Shown here piece by piece: positions 5,296 through 11,815 of a stretch of 11,815 nt of DNA. This DNA is from Planctomycetota bacterium. Its GTDB lineage: Bacteria; Planctomycetota; UBA1135; UBA2386. Position numbers and translations under genes: made by a program. The stretch lies in NCBI GenBank assembly GCA_947501605.1, contig CANMWZ010000063.1, positions 1 to 11,815 on the forward strand, given 5' to 3'. The notes below the pieces were generated by a model. The model was not told where the DNA came from. It did not search any database and worked only from the letters and a program-made list of their open reading frames with translations. Numbering within the stretch: the stretch's first letter is position 1; the number at the start of each line of letters is the position of its first letter.

Positions 5296-8166
5296 TCATT
5301 CGATCGCCGACAGCACGCAGTCGTGAACCCGCTGCCGAAGTTGCTTGATCGCGTCGTTGACGCGCGTCGGATGCACCCGGTTGGTCAGCAACACCACACA
5401 GACATCGCGTTGTGGGTCGCACAGCAGCGACGTCCCGGTGAAGCCCGTGTGGCCAAACGTACCTGGTCGCACGTGCTCGCCGCCGATGCCACCCGGCTCC
5501 AGCACGTCGAAGCCCAACAGCCGATTGCTGCCGACCGAGGCCTGGACGTGCAGCATGTCTGCGACTGTCTCTGCGCGCACCATGCCGCGCCCGCGCGCCA
5601 ACATTGCGACGCCGAGCCGAGCCACGTCGCCAGCGGTCGCAAACATGCCGGCGTGCCCAGACACGCCACCCATCGCGAATGCGTTCTCGTCGTGCACATA
5701 GCCCTGCACGAGGCCTGAACGCTCGTCGTTGACCTCGGTCGGCACGGCGACAATCGGCGGTTCACTCGCTGGCGCAAAGCACGCCGTCGCCATCCCCAGC
5801 GGTTGCCAAACACGGGCCTTCACGAAGTCGGCAAACGGCTGCCCGCTGCAGCGCTCGACAATCGCCATCGACAGGATGAGCCCGAGATCGCTGTAGACCA
5901 CGCGCTTGCCCGGCTCGGTCATGAGCCCCTCGCGCGCGGCGGCGGCGACAATCGTGTCCTTCCCCGACAGCGTGCGGTAGTAGCGCTCGTAGGCTGGTAG
6001 CCCCGCGGTGTGCGCCAGCAGGTGCCGCAGCGTGACCGACTGCTTGCCGGTGCCGACGAACTCCGGCAGCCACTTCCGCACCGGATCGTCGAGCGACAGT
6101 TTGCCGTCATCCACCAGAGCCAACACGGCCGGCAACGTGGCGCAGACCTTGGTCAGCGAGGCGAGGTCGTAGAGCGAATCGGGCGCGACCGCCGGGGAGT
6201 CGGCCGCATAGGTGTTGCGACCCACCGCGACCTCCGCCACGACCGCACCGCGGCGCGCGACGAGACAGACGGCACCTGGCGTCACATGCTGAGCCACGGC
6301 CTCTTCGAGCACGGAACGCAACTGCACAGCGAGTGCCATTGGCAGCCCTTCCGTCGCCGGCTCGGCGCGCGTCAGTGCGTTGCCTGGCAGCACGGTCAAG
6401 CCGGTAGCTCGCGCCGCGATCCCGGGGATCGATACCGGCAAGCGGCCGTGAACCGGGGCGCTGCCGGCGAGCACGCGCGCGGCCGCGTGCGCCGTGCGCA
6501 CAGTGCTGGCGTAGGCGCTGACGAACGCCGCCTGCGGCGGCAACTCGGCGACCAGGTACGGACTGCCGAACGACACGGCGACCACCTGATCGCTCTGTGC
6601 CAGCGCCACCAACACGGGCCTGAGCGCTGGTGGCAGCGCAATCCGCCCCGAGTGCGACCGCACCCGCACGTGCAGCGCCAGCAACACGCGACGGGCAGCG
6701 CCGATCTTGGCCGCGACGGCGGCCACGGCGGTGGCGTCGCTGTCGCCCGCAACCGCGATCTCGTCGCCAATCGGGATGCCCTCGGCGCGCAAGGCCAGCG
6801 GCACTTCGCGATCACCCTCGGGCGCCCCACCACCGAGTAGTTCTTGGTCGCGGACGGTCACGCACAGCCACGGCTCCGTTCGATCCACGGGCACGAGGCC
6901 ACGGTCGTCGCGCACCAGCGTCACGCCACGAGCAGCAATCTCGTCAGCGACCGCGGCGGCACTGGCGGTGCCGACTTTGGCCCGCCACTCAGCGTCCGGT
7001 CCGTGGACGCCGCCCTTCAGCAAGCCGAGGCGCTGCTTCACGCGCAGGAGGCGCAAGACCGCGTCGTCCAGGCGCGCCATCTCGACGCGCCCGCTGATCA
7101 CCGCCTGCACCACGGCGTCGCGAGCGATCCTCGGTTCGGGCGGCATCAGCAGCACATCCGCGCCGGCTGCGAGCGCACGCACGGCGACCTCTCCGGGCGC
7201 AATCTTGTTCTTCACGCCGCCCATGTCGAGCGCATCGGTAACGATCAGACCGGTGAAGCCGAGTTCGTTGCGGAGCACGCCTTGCAGGATCACGGCACTG
7301 AGAGTCGCCGGCACCGCGCGGTCTTCGCCGAGGCCTGGCACCGACAGGTGTCCCGTCATGACCGAGCCGAGACCCGCAGCCGCGGCAGTTCGAAACGGCA
7401 GCAGCTCGCGGGCGCGCAACACGTCGCCGCTGCCAGGCACCGTCGGCAAGTCGAGGTGCGAGTCACTGTCGACGTCGCCGTGACCAGGGAAGTGCTTGCC
7501 GCACGCAAGCGCGCGCCCCGCCCCCTGCACACCGCTGGTGAAGGCGCGCCCCATCACCGCCGTGACGGCGGCGTCTTCGCCAAAACTGCGAACGTTGATG
7601 ATCGGGTTGCTCGGGTTGCTGTTCACATCGAGCACCGGAGCCAGCACCCACGGTGCACCGATCGCCGCGGCCTCCTCGCCGGTGACGCGGCCCATCGCTT
7701 CGGCGAGGCGCGGCAGCCCACTGGCCGCGACCAGCATCTGGTTGCCCATCTGCGTCGCGCCCTGCAGGCGGAAGGCGACTCCGCCTTCGAAGTCGCCGGC
7801 AATCAGCAGCGGGACCGCACTCGCTGCCTGCATCTGCGCAACGACCTCGGTTGCCTGCTCGACCGAGCCAAGACTCAGGATCACGCCGCCGAGCCCGACG
7901 TCGCGCACGAAGGCCGCAATCCGCGCCCGCTCGGCGGCGTCGGCATCGGCGCGAATCCAGCTGACGAACAGTTGGCCGGCCTTCTGTTCGAGGCTCATTT
8001 GGGCAAAGCGCTCGGGCACGGGGTCGACGTCCATGGCCGCGCCGGCGCCAACCCCTTCCGGCACTTGCACCAGAGGCGGCGCGGTTTGGTCCTGCGGCGC
8101 GCTGCAGGCCCCAAGCAACGCCAACACGATCGGCAAACGAGGATGCAGCGCGGCGAACAGGTTCAT
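5296..8166 (-). CDS. nagZ: Lipoprotein (956 aa): GH3 beta-N-acetylglucosaminidase (NagZ) fused to a C-terminal beta-lactamase-fold serine hydrolase (AmiE-like)
   Basis: Lipobox VLALLGA|C21; GH3 motifs MSLEQKAGQ, DFEGG, APVLDVNSNPSNPIINVRSFG, KHFPGHGDVDSDSH (NagZ Asp-His dyad), IVTDALDM; GH3 C-domain GSPY...GRLPVSIP; then YDLASLTK (SxxK), LLAHTAGL, YSDLG, GYVHDENA, GHAGMF, FGHTGFTGT, LTNRVHP. Confidence 0.93.
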   Translation of the reverse strand: MNLFAALHPRLPIVLALLGACSAPQDQTAPPLVQVPEGVGAGAAMDVDPVPERFAQMSLEQKAGQLFVSWIRADADAAERARIAAFVRDVGLGGVILSLGSVEQATEVVAQMQAASAVPLLIAGDFEGGVAFRLQGATQMGNQMLVAASGLPRLAEAMGRVTGEEAAAIGAPWVLAPVLDVNSNPSNPIINVRSFGEDAAVTAVMGRAFTSGVQGAGRALACGKHFPGHGDVDSDSHLDLPTVPGSGDVLRARELLPFRTAAAAGLGSVMTGHLSVPGLGEDRAVPATLSAVILQGVLRNELGFTGLIVTDALDMGGVKNKIAPGEVAVRALAAGADVLLMPPEPRIARDAVVQAVISGRVEMARLDDAVLRLLRVKQRLGLLKGGVHGPDAEWRAKVGTASAAAVADEIAARGVTLVRDDRGLVPVDRTEPWLCVTVRDQELLGGGAPEGDREVPLALRAEGIPIGDEIAVAGDSDATAVAAVAAKIGAARRVLLALHVRVRSHSGRIALPPALRPVLVALAQSDQVVAVSFGSPYLVAELPPQAAFVSAYASTVRTAHAAARVLAGSAPVHGRLPVSIPGIAARATGLTVLPGNALTRAEPATEGLPMALAVQLRSVLEEAVAQHVTPGAVCLVARRGAVVAEVAVGRNTYAADSPAVAPDSLYDLASLTKVCATLPAVLALVDDGKLSLDDPVRKWLPEFVGTGKQSVTLRHLLAHTAGLPAYERYYRTLSGKDTIVAAAAREGLMTEPGKRVVYSDLGLILSMAIVERCSGQPFADFVKARVWQPLGMATACFAPASEPPIVAVPTEVNDERSGLVQGYVHDENAFAMGGVSGHAGMFATAGDVARLGVAMLARGRGMVRAETVADMLHVQASVGSNRLLGFDVLEPGGIGGEHVRPGTFGHTGFTGTSLLCDPQRDVCVVLLTNRVHPTRVNDAIKQLRQRVHDCVLSAIE

Positions 8167-8201
8167 GCCCGGATGCTGCCGTAGGCGACCGCAGACTGCC
8201 A
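8167..8201 (-). promoter_or_regulatory. Putative internal promoter for leaderless nagZ
   Basis: Minus strand TGGCAG-N17-CAGCAT-N6-ATG; no Shine-Dalgarno. Confidence 0.3.
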
Positions 8202-8226
8202 GCTTGCGCTCTTGGTGGCCGCGCGA

Positions 8227-8973
8227 TCAGAGCAGGGAAGAGGCCTCGCGATCGAGCAGCACGAGCACGTTGCCGTGATGACGCAGGGCCGAAGCCGGGC
8301 AGCCAGTCGAGACCTCGGCCCGCAGCATCGCCCGCATCGCATCGGCCTTGCCACGACCAAACGCACACAGCACCAGTCGCTTGCCCCGCAGGATCGTGGC
8401 GACGCCCGCCGTCACGGCGCGATGCGGCACCGGCTGCGCCCCAAAACGGGCGACCGCGTCCTTGCGCGTCGACTCCGACAGGTGTGCCACGTGGTAGCCG
8501 CGTTCAAACGGCACGCCCGGTTCGTGGAACGCAAGGTGGCCGTTGCGGCCGATCCCGAGGTACTGCAACGCCACACCACCGAGCTCGGCGAGTTTCTGCT
8601 CGTGCGCGGCGGCGATCGCGGCCTCGGCGCGGTGCGGCACCGGCGTGAATGCGCCGCTATCGAGCAGCGGCAACAGACTCGGGCAGGCAGCACACAGTTC
8701 GTGGACCATGCTGCCCGCCTGCTTTGGAGCCAGGCCTTCGTACTCGTCGAGGTGGGTCGCCCGCAGTCCTGCCAGCGAGATGCGGCCTTGCTGCGCTTCC
8801 TGGTGCAAGCGTTGCAGCATCGCGGTGTAGGTTGCCCCAGTCGCAAACGAGACCAGCGGACGGTCGTCGCGCTGGCTCAAGGCCCGCAATTCCGCGAGGG
8901 CCAGTTCGGTGGCCTCTTCGCGAGAGTCGAGGATGCGTACTTCGAGCGGGGGTGCAGGCTGCGGCGAACTCAT
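8227..8973 (-). CDS. nagB: Glucosamine-6-phosphate deaminase (248 aa)
   Basis: C-terminal part of ORF 8227..10365, real start ATG 8973 (MSSPQPAPPLEVRILDS). Motifs FATGAT, THLDEYEGL, LGIGRNGHLAFHEPG, AVTAGVATIL, GKADA, CPASALRHH. Confidence 0.9.
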   Translation of the reverse strand: MSSPQPAPPLEVRILDSREEATELALAELRALSQRDDRPLVSFATGATYTAMLQRLHQEAQQGRISLAGLRATHLDEYEGLAPKQAGSMVHELCAACPSLLPLLDSGAFTPVPHRAEAAIAAAHEQKLAELGGVALQYLGIGRNGHLAFHEPGVPFERGYHVAHLSESTRKDAVARFGAQPVPHRAVTAGVATILRGKRLVLCAFGRGKADAMRAMLRAEVSTGCPASALRHHGNVLVLLDREASSLL

Positions 8974-9008
8974 CGTCCTACTGTGCAAAGCCGCGTCGTC
9001 GGCTGCAA
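8974..9008 (-). promoter_or_regulatory. Putative internal promoter for leaderless nagB
   Basis: Minus strand TTGCAG-N17-CACAGT-N6-ATG. Confidence 0.35.
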
Positions 9009-9023
9009 GCGCTCGCCGTCGCG

Positions 9024-10193
9024 TCACACCCGCCAGACGATGCCGCGGCGATAGAGCACGGCGAGGACGGCATACCAACCGAGCACCCAGGTGAGGGCGA
9101 AGGCCAGCGACGCCCAGTGGGGCTCGAGCCAGCTCACGAACGCATGGCTGTGGAACCAACGCAGCGCCGAAACCGGCGGTGGACCAGGGTCGACGTGTAC
9201 GAGGCGACCGAGAGTCCGCGCCAACACCGCGCTGCCGACGAACACCAGCAAGGCGTTGCGACCGTAGATCAGCAGCGGCTCTGCCAATCGCGCCTTTCCG
9301 CGAACCTCGAATAGCTGCACGCAGAGACCAAGCCCGGTCGCGGCGATCCCGGCGGTGAGCAAGGAGAAGCTGCTGGTCCACAGGGCCTTGTTGACCGGGA
9401 AGACAAAGCCCCAGACCGCTCCGAGAGCCATCCACCCAGCGCCGCGCAACAGCAGTTCGCGCACCGCGTCCGGGCGCGAGATGGGGCTCTGCAGCACGCG
9501 ACCGCACAGAACGCCAAGCAGCGTCGTCGCGATCGCAGGGATCGTGCTCAACAGACCCTCCGGGTCGTAGACCTTGCCCATCCAGGTGTGCGACCCGAAC
9601 ACGAGGCGATCGAGGTAGCCCGCGAGGTGGTTGCCCTCGGTCGCGAGGTCCGGCACCGGGGAGCCGGGCGTCGGGCACAGGGCGAGCAGCGGCCAGTAGA
9701 GCACAAGGCACGCGAGCAACGTGCGCCGCTGCGCGCGTTCGCTCGCGAACACGAACAGCAGGGCCGCAACCGCGTAGCAGACGCCGATGCGTTGCAGGAC
9801 ACCAGGAAAGCGCACCTTCTGCAGCGGCTCGAACAGGCTGGCGTCGGCGCGAGAGGTCACCAGCGGGAAGCTCTGCACGAACAAGCCGAGCAGGACCAGC
9901 AGCAGACAGCGCTTGCCGATGCGCCACGCCAGTTCGCGTGGCGTGCGACCGCGTTGCAGCGCGGCGGTCAGAGCTGGCACGATCGACACGCCGGCGCAGA
10001 ACAAGAAGGTGGGAAACACCAGATCGGTGAACGTGCAGCCGTGCCATTTGGCGTGCTGCAGCGGCGCAAACACGTGGCCCCAGTCGCCGGGGTTGTTGAC
10101 CAAGATCATCGTCGCGATCGCGAGCCCGCGCAGCGCATCGAGACCGACGAAGCGCGTGGCACCGCCCGGCAGCACCACCGCAGCATCGCTCAC
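9024..10193 (-). CDS. nagX: HGSNAT-like (NagX/DUF5009/COG4299) multi-pass membrane protein, putative acetyl-CoA-dependent glucosaminide N-acetyltransferase (389 aa)
   Basis: GTG start at 10193 overlaps the murQ stop (GTGA). Motifs RFVGLDALRGLAIATMILVNNPG, LQHAKWHGCTFTDLVFPTFLF, RFPGVLQRIG, DPEGLLSTIPAI, PVNKALWTSSF; many hydrophobic helices. Confidence 0.88.
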   Translation of the reverse strand: MSDAAVVLPGGATRFVGLDALRGLAIATMILVNNPGDWGHVFAPLQHAKWHGCTFTDLVFPTFLFCAGVSIVPALTAALQRGRTPRELAWRIGKRCLLLVLLGLFVQSFPLVTSRADASLFEPLQKVRFPGVLQRIGVCYAVAALLFVFASERAQRRTLLACLVLYWPLLALCPTPGSPVPDLATEGNHLAGYLDRLVFGSHTWMGKVYDPEGLLSTIPAIATTLLGVLCGRVLQSPISRPDAVRELLLRGAGWMALGAVWGFVFPVNKALWTSSFSLLTAGIAATGLGLCVQLFEVRGKARLAEPLLIYGRNALLVFVGSAVLARTLGRLVHVDPGPPPVSALRWFHSHAFVSWLEPHWASLAFALTWVLGWYAVLAVLYRRGIVWRV

Positions 10194-11098
10194 GAGCGCG
10201 CCTCGAGCGCGTAGCGCACGCTGCCCTGCTTCTCGGCCAACCGCGCGCGCGCGATCTCCGGCTCGACTCCGGCGCCGAGCGAGACGATCGCCGTCTTGGC
10301 TTCGAACGCGCACTGCCGCAGGGCTGCAGCAGCGACGTCGCGCGCCACTCCGGTCGCGTCGGCAACGATCCGTACCATGCGCTCCTTGAGCTTGTCGTTG
10401 GTCGGCTGCACGTCGACCATCAGGTTGCCGTAGACCTTGTGCAGGCGCACGAAGGCCGCGGTCGAGAGCATGTTGAGCACGAGCTTCGTTGCCGTGCCGG
10501 CCTTGAGCCGCGTGCTCCCGGTGAGCACTTCGGCCCCGGTTACGATCTCGATCGGACATTGCGCGGCAGCCGCAACGGCACTGGCTGCCGAGCACACCAC
10601 CGCTGCCGTGAACGCGCCCACCTTGGTCGCGAACGCGAGCGCGCCGAGCACGTACGGCGTGCGCCCCGACGCGGCGATGCCGACGACGCAGTCGGCACTG
10701 GTCAGGGAAAGGGCTCGCAGATCCTGTTCGCCGAGCAGAGGGCTGTCCTCAGCCCCCTCCACGGCGCGCAGCATGGCCTGCGGCCCGCCGGCGATCAGCC
10801 CCACCACCTGACCCGGACTGGACGAGAACGTCGGTTCGCATTCGGCGGCATCCAGTACGCCGAGACGGCCCGAGGTGCCAGCGCCGCAGTAGATCAGCCG
10901 CCCGCCTTTCCCCATGCGCTCGGCAATCGCGTCGACGGCCCGACCGATCTGCGGCAGGGCGTTCTGCACCACGACCGCAACCTGCCGGTCTTCGTCGTTC
11001 ATCGCCCGCAGCAGGGCCTCAGTTGGCAGCAGATCGAGGTTCACGGTGCGCGGATTGCGCGCTTCCGTCGAGATGCGGTCGAGGTCGCTGTTGGTCAT
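10190..11098 (-). CDS. murQ: N-acetylmuramic acid 6-phosphate etherase (302 aa)
   Basis: Start ATG 11098 (MTNSDLDRISTEARNP). Motifs GAGTSGRLGVLDAAECEPTF, AVEGAED, GIAASGRTPYV, GAEVLTGSTRLKAGTATKLVLNMLST, GNLMVDV, NDKLKER. Confidence 0.97.
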   Translation of the reverse strand: MTNSDLDRISTEARNPRTVNLDLLPTEALLRAMNDEDRQVAVVVQNALPQIGRAVDAIAERMGKGGRLIYCGAGTSGRLGVLDAAECEPTFSSSPGQVVGLIAGGPQAMLRAVEGAEDSPLLGEQDLRALSLTSADCVVGIAASGRTPYVLGALAFATKVGAFTAAVVCSAASAVAAAAQCPIEIVTGAEVLTGSTRLKAGTATKLVLNMLSTAAFVRLHKVYGNLMVDVQPTNDKLKERMVRIVADATGVARDVAAAALRQCAFEAKTAIVSLGAGVEPEIARARLAEKQGSVRYALEARS

Positions 11099-11125
11099 GG
11101 CTCGCCGCCGCAGTATAGAACCGTC
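11099..11125. promoter_or_regulatory. 27-bp divergent promoter region between murQ and the symporter
   Basis: A single AT patch CAGTATAGAA reads TATACT on the minus strand (11117-11112) and TATAGA/TAGAAC on the plus strand. Confidence 0.55.
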
Positions 11126-11815
11126 GTGACGATCGGCAGCCTCGACCTCGCGATCCTCCTGGTCTACTTGCTCGGCATGGTCGCGGTCGGCTGCTGGGTC
11201 GGTCGCGGAACGCACGGCGCCAAGGACTACTTGCTCGGCGCCCGCGATCTGCCGTGGTGGGCGTTGCTGCTGTCGATCGTGGCCACCGAGACCAGCACGG
11301 TGACGTTCCTGTCGACGCCAGGCATCGCCTACGGCGGCGGACTCCCGGGCACGACCGGTGACTTCCGCTTCTTGCAACTGCCGATGGGCTACCTGATCGG
11401 TCGCCTGGTCGTCGTGCGTTGCTTGCTGCCGCTCTACTTCAAGGGCGAAGTGATGACCGCGTACCAAGTGTTGTCGCAGCGCTTTGGTGGCGGCACGCGC
11501 AAGGTCGCCAGCGTGTTGTTCTTGATCACCCGCACACTCGCGGACGGCCTCCGCCTGTATCTCACGGCGCTCGTGGTGCAGGCGCTGCTGCCGATCGACC
11601 TGGTCACCGCGGTCGTCGGCATGGGTGCCGTCACCCTGGTCTACACCTACTTCGGCGGCATGAAGGCCGTCGTCTGGACCGACGTGATCCAGTTCGTCGT
11701 CTACATGACGGGCGCGATCATTGCGCTCCTCGTACTGATCGGCGACCTGCCCAATGGGCTCACCGATCTCACCTCGGCGATGGCTACGCCCGAGCGCTCG
11801 CGCCTGTTCGACTTC
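11126..11815 (+). CDS. Sodium:solute symporter (SSS/SLC5 family), truncated at the window edge; probably an amino-sugar transporter
   Basis: Manual translation from GTG 11126: MTIGSLDLAILLVYLLGMVAVG...KDYLLGARDLPWWALLLSIVATETSTVTFLSTPGIAY...TAYQVLSQRFG...YTYFGGMKAVVWTDVIQF (SSS signatures); open to the end of the window and absent from the ORF track. Confidence 0.93.
   Translation, partial: MTIGSLDLAILLVYLLGMVAVGCWVGRGTHGAKDYLLGARDLPWWALLLSIVATETSTVTFLSTPGIAYGGGLPGTTGDFRFLQLPMGYLIGRLVVVRCLLPLYFKGEVMTAYQVLSQRFGGGTRKVASVLFLITRTLADGLRLYLTALVVQALLPIDLVTAVVGMGAVTLVYTYFGGMKAVVWTDVIQFVVYMTGAIIALLVLIGDLPNGLTDLTSAMATPERSRLFDF

Noticed and set aside
5280..5298. Palindromic junction TGACGCCGCGGCGCGGTCA between convergent stops
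   Set aside because: Too short and partly forced by the two TGA codons; no T-tract.
5296..6370. Beta-lactamase as an antibiotic-resistance gene
   Set aside because: Fused to NagZ in a mur/nag cluster with AmiE-type motifs (YSDLG, VHDENA, GHTGFTGT); a muropeptide amidase/esterase role is more likely.
8974..10365. 712-aa ORF suggesting a long N-terminal fusion to NagB
   Set aside because: The upstream part is an off-frame overlap of the nagX-like gene; NagB homology starts at ATG 8973.
11099..11467. 123-aa N-terminal extension of MurQ
   Set aside because: It is the antisense of the symporter gene; MurQ homology starts at 11098.
1..11815. CRISPR arrays, tRNA/rRNA genes, transposases or integrases
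   Set aside because: No spaced direct repeats, RNA-gene signatures or mobile-element ORFs were seen; coding space is explained by the genes listed.

Overview
GC-rich bacterial window, possibly from a Planctomycetota-type lineage (inference from protein style, not verified). From left to right: (1) the 5' part of a fused molybdopterin synthase gene (MoaD-MoaE, moaX-type) on the minus strand, missed by the ORF track; (2) two tandem secreted proteins with unrelated N-terminal passenger regions (a Thr/Ser/Gly-rich beta domain; a lamin-tail domain plus a ConA-like domain) that end in the same ~135-aa C-terminal domain (about 48/136 identical by hand alignment), a candidate C-terminal sorting/anchoring domain; (3) a secreted DUF6263-like protein; (4) a minus-strand amino-sugar/peptidoglycan-salvage cluster: murQ, an HGSNAT/NagX-like membrane acetyltransferase, nagB, and a lipoprotein fusing GH3 NagZ to an AmiE-like serine hydrolase; (5) a divergent sodium:solute symporter starting only 27 bp from murQ, also missed by the ORF track and truncated. 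The main candidates for undescribed biology are the shared C-terminal domain and a possible trans-membrane re-N-acetylation step coupled to extracytoplasmic NagZ.
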